Source: Verrucomicrobiota bacterium (lineage in GTDB: Bacteria > Verrucomicrobiota > Verrucomicrobiia > Limisphaerales > CAIMTB01). Taken from it: DNA of 64,000 bases. The number at the start of each line of letters is the position of its first letter. The first letter of the stretch is position 1. The DNA lies in the NCBI GenBank assembly GCA_963205105.1, contig CAUJJW010000111.1, positions 6,465-70,464 of the forward strand. The letters run 5' to 3'. Below, one piece after another: positions 16,889 to 26,935 of the stretch. The position numbers and the translations under genes were made by a program. The notes below the pieces were generated by a model. It worked only from the letters and a program-made list of their open reading frames with translations, was not told the DNA's origin and ran no database searches.

Positions 16889-17335
16889 GATTGCCCCTCC
16901 GGGGGTGGGGATTGTTGGACACGTATTGGGACCATGAACCGGGGCGCGAGAGGTGGAGCGGGCGGCCCTCATCCCGGCCTTCTCCCGGAGGGAGAAGGAG
17001 GATTGTCGCCGCGGGTTCCGGAGGGCCAGGCCGGCATTGGCTGAACCGAGTCGAGACGGCTCGCACGCATGGGCCTGGGGCGTGTTGCGGCAGGCGGAAA
17101 CACGACTCCCTCTCCCTCCGGGTGTGGGTTGGGGTGTGGGAGCCGGCTTCAACCCTCGCGATGGCTGGCATGGGAAGGTTGAGGAAGGGGCCCGCGGGCT
17201 GAACGAGCATAAGCCCATGGAACCAAATTTCTGATCGCCCCTCCGGGGCTTCAGGTTGTTCGCGGGCGTTGTCCCCACGGCTCACGCCGTGGGCTAAAGT
17301 TTTCCCGCCCCGTCCGGGGCTGGGGATTCAAGTCT
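16889..17335 (-). repeat. Mosaic repeat island: RepJ(-) 16889-16940, RepB(-) 16928-17185, RepFa 17225-17335
   Basis: The RepJ remnant (GTTGGACACGTATTGGGACCATGAACC) lies directly upstream of the cytochrome start codon at 16888. RepFa has hairpins GCCCCTCCGGGGC and CCCACGGCTCACGCCGTGGG. Confidence 0.8.
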
Positions 17336-17775
17336 CACCGCACCCGGCGGCTCTTCTTGAGCAATTCGATCGCTGCCTGGGCTTTGGGGTCACCCGCGTC
17401 CGCCGCCTGCATGAGTTGATCCTGCAAGACGGTCATCCGGCGGTTGTAATCCCAGCTCTGCTTGTCGTTTTGAATCGAGCCGCTCATCTGGAGCTTCAAC
17501 AGGGCGTCGGTCGCCGTGCCCCAATCCTTGGCCGCCACAGCCTGGTCACTGCCGCGGAGCGTGTCGTCGACGTTCATCGGCACGAGAGCCGCCTCGGTGG
17601 TGGATTCTTCCGCGGGGGCTTCCGTCGCCTCCGCGGTTTCTTCGGTCGGAGCGGGGGGCGGCGTGGCGGCAACTTCCTCCTCGGCCTCCTTGCTGCAACC
17701 ACCGGTGAACAAAGCCCCGGCCAGCAGGCAGGCGATCCAACCCAGGCGCGAAACGAGCCAGTACGAATGCTTCAT
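17335..17775 (-). CDS. Small lipoprotein, hypothetical
   Basis: Signal peptide plus lipobox LLAGALFTGGC, then an acidic Thr/Glu/Ala-rich linker and a helical C-terminal domain. It is the last gene of the minus-strand pseudopilin cluster. Confidence 0.6.
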   Translation of the reverse strand: MKHSYWLVSRLGWIACLLAGALFTGGCSKEAEEEVAATPPPAPTEETAEATEAPAEESTTEAALVPMNVDDTLRGSDQAVAAKDWGTATDALLKLQMSGSIQNDKQSWDYNRRMTVLQDQLMQAADAGDPKAQAAIELLKKSRRVR

Positions 17776-17840
17776 GGGGAACCCTTATCCAATCACCAAC
17801 ATCCTGTCAGGCAATCTGCCGGTAAGAACTCGTCGCGCGC

Positions 17841-18701
17841 TTACTGGGCACCACCCCTGGGATGGGTCGGGTCAGCCCACAGATCATTCGGCACATCCTT
17901 CAGCCCAGCCCCGCGACCGTCCACCCGACCCGCGAGTTCATAGAACTTCTTGTACTTGATGGCGAGAGCACTGCCCGAGATCAAACCCGCCGCGCCACTG
18001 CCCTTCACGTCAACACGCTCGTTCGGGGCAAATCCACCACCGTGCCGCTGGGAAATGCCTTCGTCGGGATTGCTCGAGCAATCGTTGAAGAAGAACGGCT
18101 TCATCTCATCGGCTTCCCACTGCAGGATCATGGTCGGCCGGAACGCCGTGATGCGATGGGTCAGCAGGCGGCTGTCCCAGCCAGCCAGGTTGCCAAAGCT
18201 GATCAACGAACCATTCCAGACGTAGCTGCTGATCTTTTGGTCGCGCTGCCGGAACTGGGACTTCTTCGAGCCCGTCTGTTCCACCCGATCTTTGGGACAG
18301 ATCAGGACCTGATGGGTTTGCAGGAAGGGAAACAGCTGACCGGTTTTGACCTTCTCAATCTGGTTCGAGAAATTGCGCTGGGTCGGAAGGAGGTCGCCCG
18401 CGGCGGTCGTCATGTTGGGGCCATGGGCCCAACTCTTGATGCCCAAGCCCCAGCCCGGCGACGGCATGTACTCGTCGTTGTCACCGGTGTACATGGTCAT
18501 CGCCAGCATGATCTGCTTGTTGTTGTTCAGATCCAACGTGAACTGCGCCTTGTCTTTCGCCTTGGAAAGCGCCGGCAGCAGCATGCTCGCGAGAATCGCG
18601 ATGATCGCGATGACGACGAGAAGCTCGATCAACGTGAAAGCCTTGTGCCGGAGCGCGGCTGCGGAGGCCGTATTGCCCGGAGTGATGGACTCAGTGCTCA
18701 T
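17841..18701 (-). CDS. Prepilin-type N-terminal cleavage/methylation domain protein (type II secretion pseudopilin-like)
   Basis: Canonical [31 protein letters not shown]-terminus. The body is of the DUF1559-like kind common in PVC genomes. Confidence 0.85.
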   Translation of the reverse strand: MSTESITPGNTASAAALRHKAFTLIELLVVIAIIAILASMLLPALSKAKDKAQFTLDLNNNKQIMLAMTMYTGDNDEYMPSPGWGLGIKSWAHGPNMTTAAGDLLPTQRNFSNQIEKVKTGQLFPFLQTHQVLICPKDRVEQTGSKKSQFRQRDQKISSYVWNGSLISFGNLAGWDSRLLTHRITAFRPTMILQWEADEMKPFFFNDCSSNPDEGISQRHGGGFAPNERVDVKGSGAAGLISGSALAIKYKKFYELAGRVDGRGAGLKDVPNDLWADPTHPRGGAQ

Positions 18702-18895
18702 GGGTTTGCAGACTCAGGACCCACGCCGCAACCGAACCCAGCGGGAAACCCGCACCACTCCATGGTGAAGGCTTGGCCCAGGCTTTGGGACGCTTGCTGA
18801 CGGTGGAAACCGCCGTTTTCTAACACCCACCCCCAGAATGCGGAAGTGTGTCTTATCAGGCACACTTCTGGGCGCGATTTCCGCCCCTGCCCAAG

Positions 18896-19681
<786 letters not shown>

Positions 19682-19769
19682 GATGGAGGTGGTTGGAGGT
19701 TTTCTAACAGGGAACTGCATGGTTCCTAATAAATCCCGCCGCAGCGTGCAACGGGATTCTCCGCTTCCT

Positions 19770-21908
19770 TCAACGGAACCACTCCGCAACCTCAAGAATC
19801 TCAGCGTCCACCACGACCCGGTAAAAGCGTGTCGGGTCTGCAACGGCATCTCCGTCGAACACGTGGTTGTCCCAAATCACCGGCGCATCACCTTCGGCTC
19901 CGCTGGTCCGCTGAAGGTGCAATGAGCCCTCCTTGTCCTGAAATTGGAGCCAGTCGCGCCAGACCCTCGCATCGAGGCTGAACTGGATTCGCCCCGCACG
20001 TCCCCCAAGTCCCCACAGCACCAACTGCCGCGCTTTCGCCGGCACATGCGACGGAAAAAAGCTCTGGGATTCTTCCAACATCTCGAGCGCGCCTGAATGC
20101 ACATCTCCCAGTCCGTGCGTACGCGGCCGGTTCCATCGCGGCACTTGCGCCTCCCCGTCCTTGCCAGGAATCCGAAAATGCCATGGCTCACCCTCTTCCC
20201 AGTGGCTGGGATCGATTTCCCCTGCCAACTGGATCCAGGCCACGACTTCTTCGGATCCGTCCCTCCGCAGCACCCACACCTTGCCATCCGAATGAATCGT
20301 GCGCGAATTGACAGAGGTTCCGTCCTCAGCATCCAGGATCGGCGCCCGCACATCCTCAAGCCGTGATTGCCAGGGAGATCGAAGCCCCTGGACCCGCCAT
20401 CCACGATCGTTCTCCAGATAGCCATCGTCCGACCATCGGAACCGACCCAACCGAGTCATCCACACGATGCCCCGAACCGGATCCCGCACCAGAAACTGCC
20501 CCGGTCCGCCGATCGCCAATGAAGTCGGCAATGCGTCCCATTCAAGCCGGTGCTGCACGAATCGGGCCCGATGATTCAACCGTCTCACCGCTTCCTCATC
20601 CAGATACCGGGGGTCGGCATGATTCACCCAGATCGTGGTCCCGCTCTCGTAACCCAGGCTCTGACTTCCTGAGTCCGCAGCATGGGCTGACACCGGCTCG
20701 GCTTTCCAGAATGGCTCGGAAGCAGAAACCGATGTTCCAACACGCGCTGCGCGGTCGATCTTCAGGCGTCCCAAGCGAATCGTCACTCCTTCGTCGTTCA
20801 TCCCCAGCAGGTAACCGTGGTCATCGAGCACCACCGAAACCCACCCGGGACCCGATCTCCATCCGGACTCAGCATCATCCCATTGCTGGGGGACGCGAAG
20901 GTCGCGCACCCCGGGAAAAGGGGTGTCACTGAATCCCTGGACCCGGTACCCGCGCAGGTCTGTCACCAGCCATCCTTCCGAATCCAGCTTGAGCAGACCG
21001 CACCGCGTCAGATACCGCTCGTCACTTACCGGATCTCGAACCACCAGACATCCCGGTCCTTCCAAGGCCACAGAGAACCCAAAGGGTATCCAAACCGGAA
21101 TGGCATGCGAGTGGCCCAGTGCTGCGCGGTCGGAGAAACCCACCTTCAATCCCGGAGACGGCGCCTCCCATTCACCCGAACGCAACCAACCGGCTCCGCC
21201 TGCACCCGGCCGTTGCACCGGCGGCAAGCCCGTCTCGCCCTTGCCCGCCACGCGATACAACCTTTCCGAGAATCGTTCCAATCGCGTGCTCGAATCCGGC
21301 ATCGCCAGCGCGATCCGCGCAATGACTTCCTGCGTCCCATCCAGTCGTTCCCAAATCACTTCTCCATTCGGAGCCACCCACCCTTTCGATCCGTCCCACG
21401 TCCTGTTCAGTCGTTCCCAAATCACTTCGCCGTTCGCAGACACCCACCCTTTCGATCCGTCCCACGTCCTGTTCCCCGGCGGATTCCCAGGTTCCTGGTG
21501 CGTCAGAAAGAGCATCGTCCCACCAGAACTCACCACCACAGGCTCCAAGGTGACGCCATCTGCCCCAAACCCCATCAACAAACCACCGTCGAGCGACCTC
21601 AACCTTCCCTGCTCATCCAACCGAAAATCTCCCGAGCGAGTCAGGGCGTAGGCCCATTTCGCCGGTCCTTGCGCCTGAAGCACGAAGTATCCCGGCCCGT
21701 CGATCGCCAGACTCGAGCCATCCCCCGTCTTCCATACGGCACGGGCGGATCCCATCGCGCTTGCGGTCGTCCCACCACCCGGCACCGCACCCGGGACTGG
21801 CGAAACCGCCGCATGCAGCCCCAATGCCCACGACACCCCAGCAAACATTGCCGCGCAACACGCTTTCAAATGCCCCCCACCGGCAGGTTTTGCCCCACCT
21901 TCCTTCAT
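19770..21908 (-). CDS. Secreted protein with three tandem FlgE/FlgG-like (hook/rod core) modules
   Basis: Signal-like N-terminus [21 protein letters not shown]. Three copies of the G-x-G-[FY]-F...TR-x-G-x-F-x-x-D-x-x-G-x-L motif: [86 protein letters not shown]. There are also FlgG C-core-like segments: [23 protein letters not shown]...[15 protein letters not shown] and [13 protein letters not shown]...[16 protein letters not shown]. The N- and C-terminal axial (D0) heptad segments are absent. Confidence 0.7.
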   Translation of the reverse strand: MKEGGAKPAGGGHLKACCAAMFAGVSWALGLHAAVSPVPGAVPGGGTTASAMGSARAVWKTGDGSSLAIDGPGYFVLQAQGPAKWAYALTRSGDFRLDEQGRLRSLDGGLLMGFGADGVTLEPVVVSSGGTMLFLTHQEPGNPPGNRTWDGSKGWVSANGEVIWERLNRTWDGSKGWVAPNGEVIWERLDGTQEVIARIALAMPDSSTRLERFSERLYRVAGKGETGLPPVQRPGAGGAGWLRSGEWEAPSPGLKVGFSDRAALGHSHAIPVWIPFGFSVALEGPGCLVVRDPVSDERYLTRCGLLKLDSEGWLVTDLRGYRVQGFSDTPFPGVRDLRVPQQWDDAESGWRSGPGWVSVVLDDHGYLLGMNDEGVTIRLGRLKIDRAARVGTSVSASEPFWKAEPVSAHAADSGSQSLGYESGTTIWVNHADPRYLDEEAVRRLNHRARFVQHRLEWDALPTSLAIGGPGQFLVRDPVRGIVWMTRLGRFRWSDDGYLENDRGWRVQGLRSPWQSRLEDVRAPILDAEDGTSVNSRTIHSDGKVWVLRRDGSEEVVAWIQLAGEIDPSHWEEGEPWHFRIPGKDGEAQVPRWNRPRTHGLGDVHSGALEMLEESQSFFPSHVPAKARQLVLWGLGGRAGRIQFSLDARVWRDWLQFQDKEGSLHLQRTSGAEGDAPVIWDNHVFDGDAVADPTRFYRVVVDAEILEVAEWFR

Positions 21909-21952
21909 ACGACGTACTTAGCAGATCCGGTGCCTGCGCCCGCCGAACCTCT

Positions 21953-22035
21953 CCTTGAACCGCGCCTCCGTAGCGGCGGGCTTCCCGCCTGCCGTAGAGG
22001 GGGGCGTCCCGCCCCACGGAGTCCCCGGTTCAGTA
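21953..22035 (+). repeat. RepA(+) in the divergent region between the FlgE-like gene and the kinase gene
   Basis: CCTTGAACCGCGCCTCCGTAGCGGCGGGCTTCCCGCCTGCCGTAGAGGGGGGCGTCCCGCCCCACGGAGTCCCCGGTTCAG. Confidence 0.85.
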
Positions 22036-22129
22036 GGCGCGCAGGTCATTCCTGAACACCGGCCTTCCCACGCGCTTTTTCCCACGATTCCCCGTAACAT
22101 CACCCAAGCCACGCGTCAGTTACCGGTCG

Positions 22130-25114
22130 ATGAGTGATTCCCACCGTCCCTGCGCCCGCTGCAACGCCCCGGTGCCCGCCAACGCACCCGAGGGCCTCTG
22201 CCCCCGTTGCCTGCTCCTCCGCGTCGCCGAACCCACCGATCCCGGCCTGCCCGATTCCGAACCCTCCCCCACCCCTACCCCTCCCTCCCTCGAAACCGTC
22301 GCCGCCGCCTTCCCTCAGCTGGAAGTCCTGGAGTTCATCGGCCAGGGCGGCATGGGCGTCGTCTACAAGGCCCGCCAGAAATCCCTCGGCCGCCTCGTCG
22401 CCCTGAAACTGCTCGCCCCTCACCGCGCCCATGACTCCGGCTTCGCCGCCCGCTTCGCCCAGGAAGCCCGCGCCCTCGCCGCCCTCAGCCACCCCCACAT
22501 CGTCACCATCCACGACTTCGGCCAAACCGACGGTTTCTACTTCCTCCTGATGGAATACGTGGACGGCGTGAATCTCCGCCAACTGCTGAAATCCCACCGT
22601 CTGTCCCCCGAGGAAGCCCTCGCCATCGTTCCGTCCCTCTGCGACGCCCTCCAATTCGCCCACGACCGCGGCATCGTCCATCGCGACATCAAACCCGAAA
22701 ACCTCCTGCTCGATCAGGCGGGCCGAGTGAAGATCGCCGACTTCGGCATCTCCCGCATGCTGGGAACCGACCCCACGTCGCCCAGTGTCGGCCCCGACGG
22801 CACCCAGGCCGCCGGCACTCCCGGCTACATGGCCCCCGAACAGAAGGCCGCTCCGCGGACCGCCGACAGTCGTGCCGACATCTATTCCCTCGGCGTTGTG
22901 TTCTACGAGATGCTCACCGGGGAACTGCCCGCCGACCTCCTCCAACCGCCCTCTCGAAAAGTTCAAATCGATGTCCGCCTGGACGCCATTGTCCTGCGCG
23001 CGTTGGAACAGGCCCCCGAACGCCGCTACCAGACCGCCAGCGAACTGCGGACCCAGATCGAAACGGTGGTCCACGGCCCGGAAACAGTTCCTTCGAGCTC
23101 AAGACCGGACAGCCAAGCATCCCCACCCCCCCAGCCGCCCACATCGATTTCGTCGATCCGAAGCGCACTGGATCGCGGACTTGCCAGTCCAGCGTTTCCA
23201 ATCCTCGCCCTGGCAGGTCCGGTGCTGTTGGTGTTGTTCCTCACCGCCCGCGGAGAGTCACCTCAGCCCCTGGCCCTCGCCGCAATGGTGGCCGGAGCTG
23301 TGCTGGCTGTTCTGGCAGGAAGGTTCCTGCTGGGTCTGCGACACCTGCGCCGTCCGAGCGCGGCCCGGCTGGGAGTGGGGTTGCTGGTCCTGCTCGTCGC
23401 TTCAGCGATCGGCGGCCTTCGAACCAGCCGCCTCCGAGCTCAGGACGCCCAACTCGAAGCTCTCATCGCGCAAGAGGCCGCCGCCGTGGGCGAGCAGGTA
23501 ACGCGGCGGAACTTCGAGGCGTCGAGCAGTCGCGAGGGCCTCGCTCTGTTGGAAGCTCCAGAGGCCGCGGACGCCACGGATGCGGAGCGTTCCGCACGCG
23601 CGAAAGTGTATCAGCAGCACGCCCAGCAGTACGCGGGCGCGAGCGAATCGCTCCGTCAGGCACTGGACCGACTGAGCGACATGGAGGAACACCGTTCGAC
23701 CCTGGGCTCGGCCAGTCCGTCGCGAAAGTTCCGCGCCTGGCTGCCGTGTCTGCCCCTCGTTCTGGGCGCCTTGGCCATCCTCCTGCGACGTCGGGGTGAT
23801 CACAGCTCCGATGCCCTGACCGCAGGTCGTTCATCCGCGCTTCGCGTGGACGCCCTTTGGATCGCAGGATCGCTCGTGATCGGTCTGCTCACGGCAACGC
23901 TGATCGACCGCGCGCATTCCCGGGACCCGGCCCAATTCGAATCGCACTTCATCCCACCCACCCGACCTTCCATCACCCATCTGGGCTGGTCCCCGGTCGC
24001 GGTCAGCAATCACGTGGTCCTCGTCGACCTCGAAACCGAGGTGGACCGCTACAGCGCCGAGGCCCGTTGGGCGTTCACCGGCCCGCGCCTTCCCGACGAC
24101 GTCGATTCCGCCTTCACCGACCCGCTGGAAGCCAAGCCACCCGGAATCTTGATGAAACCCCAGCAGCACTCCGGCAACTGGCCACGGACGCTCCTGCCTC
24201 CGGGTCGTCACATCACCCGCGTGGCCTTCGCCTTTCCCAATGCTCCACTCGCCGAGCAAGCCTTCAGCAACCTCACGGCTCGCGAGACCCGTCGCGTTGA
24301 ACCCACCGAGGACCTCGGCGCCACCCTGTTCCACATCTTCCGCCCGCTGGGCCAGGAGTACCGCGCCCTCCTCCGCATCTCCCAGGTGCTGCATTCTGGA
24401 AATCCCGAGTGGGTGAGCTTTTCCCGGTTTGGTACCTGGAACGAGAACGGTCTCTCCTTCACCTGGACGGTCCAGGCCGCGCGCCCCGGCACCCTGCAAC
24501 TCACCCTCGGCGAGGATCGATCGTCGGCTTGGATCCGCGAGCGCCGCGGGGATCTCATCGAATCCCAGATCCGACTCCAGCTGACCCCGATCGGCACCAA
24601 CCGCGTGCGTCTGACCCGGTCCATCAACAACTCCTACGGCACCCTTGAACAAACCGGCAATTACCGCGATCTCGCCGCCGAAATCCTCCGGACGGCCAAC
24701 AACGGCACCCGGTGCCAGCGGGGCGTAGAAACGGAGCTCTGCCGTTTCGAAGGCAAATCGATGGTGGCCCAGATGGTCGACACGCCCGCCGGTCCACCCC
24801 CGGCCACAAGTCCTGCACAGCCCCGAGTCAGCGGCAGCCGACCCAGCGTCTTTCTGCTCCTGCTCGTTGTTCTGGTGGTCTTCGGCGGCGCGGGATGCCT
24901 TGCTTTCCTGCTCTTCCGCCGGGCCAACCGCAATCGCCCGGGAAGCGTGCTCCTACCCATCCTGGTCATCCTCGGCATCCTGCTCCTTGCGCTGCTGGTG
25001 CTCCTCGGAGGTGCGGCCCTGCTGTTCATCGCCCACTCGCCATCGACTCCAGCACCCACGGTGCAAGTCGCTCACCACGCGCTGCCGTCGCCCGCCCACC
25101 GGCTTCATGTCTGA
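22130..25114 (+). CDS. Ser/Thr protein kinase with N-terminal Cys4 motif and long membrane-anchored C-terminal region
   Basis: CARCN...CPRC N-terminus. Hanks kinase motifs are present: GQGGMGVVYKA, LVALKLL, HRDIKPENLL, DFG, GTPGYMAPE. These are followed by several TM segments and a ~600-aa region I cannot assign. Confidence 0.9.
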   Translation: MSDSHRPCARCNAPVPANAPEGLCPRCLLLRVAEPTDPGLPDSEPSPTPTPPSLETVAAAFPQLEVLEFIGQGGMGVVYKARQKSLGRLVALKLLAPHRAHDSGFAARFAQEARALAALSHPHIVTIHDFGQTDGFYFLLMEYVDGVNLRQLLKSHRLSPEEALAIVPSLCDALQFAHDRGIVHRDIKPENLLLDQAGRVKIADFGISRMLGTDPTSPSVGPDGTQAAGTPGYMAPEQKAAPRTADSRADIYSLGVVFYEMLTGELPADLLQPPSRKVQIDVRLDAIVLRALEQAPERRYQTASELRTQIETVVHGPETVPSSSRPDSQASPPPQPPTSISSIRSALDRGLASPAFPILALAGPVLLVLFLTARGESPQPLALAAMVAGAVLAVLAGRFLLGLRHLRRPSAARLGVGLLVLLVASAIGGLRTSRLRAQDAQLEALIAQEAAAVGEQVTRRNFEASSSREGLALLEAPEAADATDAERSARAKVYQQHAQQYAGASESLRQALDRLSDMEEHRSTLGSASPSRKFRAWLPCLPLVLGALAILLRRRGDHSSDALTAGRSSALRVDALWIAGSLVIGLLTATLIDRAHSRDPAQFESHFIPPTRPSITHLGWSPVAVSNHVVLVDLETEVDRYSAEARWAFTGPRLPDDVDSAFTDPLEAKPPGILMKPQQHSGNWPRTLLPPGRHITRVAFAFPNAPLAEQAFSNLTARETRRVEPTEDLGATLFHIFRPLGQEYRALLRISQVLHSGNPEWVSFSRFGTWNENGLSFTWTVQAARPGTLQLTLGEDRSSAWIRERRGDLIESQIRLQLTPIGTNRVRLTRSINNSYGTLEQTGNYRDLAAEILRTANNGTRCQRGVETELCRFEGKSMVAQMVDTPAGPPPATSPAQPRVSGSRPSVFLLLLVVLVVFGGAGCLAFLLFRRANRNRPGSVLLPILVILGILLLALLVLLGGAALLFIAHSPSTPAPTVQVAHHALPSPAHRLHV

Positions 25115-25850
25115 ACCCCATCAGCTCGCCCGCGGCCCGGTGGTCTTTGCCACCACCCACTGGACCCGCGTGCTGGCCTCGCGCGGCCAGGCGCCCGAAG
25201 CCCAACAGGCGCTCAGCGACCTGTGCGCGACCTACTACGCCCCGGTGGTGGCCGTGCTTCGCGGCGAGTGTCGTTCCGACGATGAAGCCCGCGACCTCGC
25301 CCATGCCTTCTTCGAACGCATTCTCGAACGCCACGGCCTGGATGGCGCGGATCCGGCCCGCGGCCGCTTTCGCTCGTACCTGCTCGGAGCCCTGAAGCAT
25401 TTCCTGTCCAACCGCCGCCTGCACGCTCGTCGAACCAAACGCGGGGGCGATGCGCCCCATCAACCGCTCGAACCGTCTCCCGACCAACCCGACACGCTGT
25501 CCATCGCTGATACCTCCGGCTTGCCCGACGACGCGGTCTTCGATCGGGCCTGGGCGCTGAGTCTCTTGGAACGCGCCTTCGAAGTTCTGAAGCGTGAAGC
25601 GGCGCACAACGGCAACCCCCGGGAATTCGAGGTGCTGAAACCCTGGCTCACCGGCGACGGGGAAGGCGCGGAACGAACCCCATCAGACGCCGCCAAGGAA
25701 TTGGGCTGGAGCGACGGCGCCTTCCGGGTGGCCCTGCACCGGCTTCGTCGCCGATTCCGCGATGTCGTGAAAGGGGAGATCGCCGCCACCGTCGCCTCCC
25801 CCGACGACATCGCCGACGAACTGCGCCACCTCATCGCGGCACTCGCGTAA
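25107..25850 (+). CDS. ECF-type RNA polymerase sigma factor (kinase-associated, ECF43-like)
   Basis: Internal ATG MSEPHQ of ORF 24867..25850. TTHWTRVL...ALSDLCATYYAPVV...DEARDLAHAFFERILE...ADPARGRFRSYLLGALKHFLSNRR...KRGG is the pattern of kinase-linked ECF sigmas. The start overlaps the kinase stop (ATGTCTGA). Confidence 0.75.
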   Translation: MSEPHQLARGPVVFATTHWTRVLASRGQAPEAQQALSDLCATYYAPVVAVLRGECRSDDEARDLAHAFFERILERHGLDGADPARGRFRSYLLGALKHFLSNRRLHARRTKRGGDAPHQPLEPSPDQPDTLSIADTSGLPDDAVFDRAWALSLLERAFEVLKREAAHNGNPREFEVLKPWLTGDGEGAERTPSDAAKELGWSDGAFRVALHRLRRRFRDVVKGEIAATVASPDDIADELRHLIAALA

Positions 25851-25860
25851 GAAAAGTCGT

Positions 25861-26140
25861 CCCCGTAGCGGCGGGCGGGATGGCTGTCGCTACCAAGAGC
25901 CTGGCTGCTTCTTGGCCGTCGCGGAGCGACGAACGAAGGTAGCCGGGCCTTTCAAGGCCCGGATTCACGGTGCCTGCCAAGGCAGCGTCGCGGAGCGACG
26001 CTTGAATCCGTGTTGCCGCGTGGGTCTGGCGGCGCTCCATGCGCTGGAGTCAACCGTCGCTCCGCGACGGCGCCTCTTTGCTCAAATCCGTCCAGGCGTT
26101 GAAACGCCTGGCTACCTTGGATTGTCGCTCCGCGACACCG
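25861..26140. repeat. RepA fragment (25861-25880) plus RepH: four 13-nt palindromes at ~69-nt spacing with hairpin-rich spacers
   Basis: GTCGCGGAGCGAC at 25918 and 25987; GTCGCTCCGCGAC at 26056 and 26124 (spacing 69, 69, 68). The spacer of unit 1 (AAGGTAGCCGGGCCTTTCAAGGCCCGGA) is an inverted copy of the spacer of unit 3 (TCCAGGCGTTGAAACGCCTGGCTACCTT). Confidence 0.8.
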
Positions 26141-26250
26141 CCCGCCCCAACTTGGCGGCCGGTAAAAAGAGCCAAACTCCAGTTAGCGGCGGGCGTGCCA
26201 CCCCTCGCCACGTTCCGCGGATTGCATTTTGTCGAAAGGCAGCGCATGGC

Positions 26251-26886
26251 ATGGCGCGCATGCAGTTCCATCTGTTCGGCTTTCCGGTGCGCGTCGAGCT
26301 CTGGTTTGTGATCACATCGATCCTCCTGGGCGGCGGGCTGCGACCGAACGCCTTTTCCAGCGTCGCCAGCGTGGCGGGTATCGCCATCTGGGTGATTATC
26401 GTCTTCTTCTCGATCCTGGTTCACGAACTGGGCCATGCCAGCGTCGGCCGGAAGTACGGGGCGATGCCGGAGATCGTGCTGCATGCCTTCGGCGGAGCGG
26501 CCATCATGCACGGTTCGCGGTTCAATCGGCGCGAGGATCTGCTCACCACCGCCGCCGGTCCCGCCGCCAGCGTGGCCCTGGGAACGGTGGCGTTGCTGAC
26601 CTTGCGCTACGCGCCAAGCCCGTCCCCCGAAGTCACCGAGATGCTCGTTAACCTCGTCTGGATCAATTACTTCTGGACCATCATCAATCTCATGCCCGTT
26701 CAGCCCCTGGACGGCGGCCTGCTCCTCCGAACCAGCTTGGGCGACAAACGGCTTCACATCACCTGCGTCGTCGGTTTCGTCACCGCCTGCGTTCTCGCCA
26801 GCCTCGCCCTCCTCACCGGTCAGGTCTTTCTCACCCTGCTCATGGCCATGCTCGCCTTCGAAAACTGGCGCATGCGCCCCCGGTGA
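26251..26886 (+). CDS. M50-family (site-2 protease-like) membrane metalloprotease
   Basis: Internal ATG MARMQF of ORF 25912..26886; the upstream part is the RepH palindrome array. HExxH motif in ILVHELGHASVG, multiple TM segments, and NLMPVQPLDGG. Confidence 0.8.
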   Translation: MARMQFHLFGFPVRVELWFVITSILLGGGLRPNAFSSVASVAGIAIWVIIVFFSILVHELGHASVGRKYGAMPEIVLHAFGGAAIMHGSRFNRREDLLTTAAGPAASVALGTVALLTLRYAPSPSPEVTEMLVNLVWINYFWTIINLMPVQPLDGGLLLRTSLGDKRLHITCVVGFVTACVLASLALLTGQVFLTLLMAMLAFENWRMRPR

Positions 26887-26935
26887 TCCGCCATCACTCA
26901 CCCCCAGCCGCCCTTCGCCGCCCACCCGCCTCACC

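Noticed and set aside
19770-21908. Calling this gene a bona fide flagellar hook or rod gene (flgE/flgG) and the region a flagellar operon.
   Set aside because: The protein lacks the N-terminal rod motif and the C-terminal heptad/D0 region. It has a Sec-like N-terminus and triplicated cores. No other flagellar, motor or export genes are in the 64 kb.
25918-26136. Possible miniature CRISPR array (regularly spaced palindromic repeats, 68-69-nt period).
   Set aside because: There are only four 13-nt repeats, far shorter than CRISPR repeats. The 'spacers' are themselves inverted copies of each other and full of hairpins. There are no cas genes or leader, and the same kind of sequence belongs to the general repeat repertoire.
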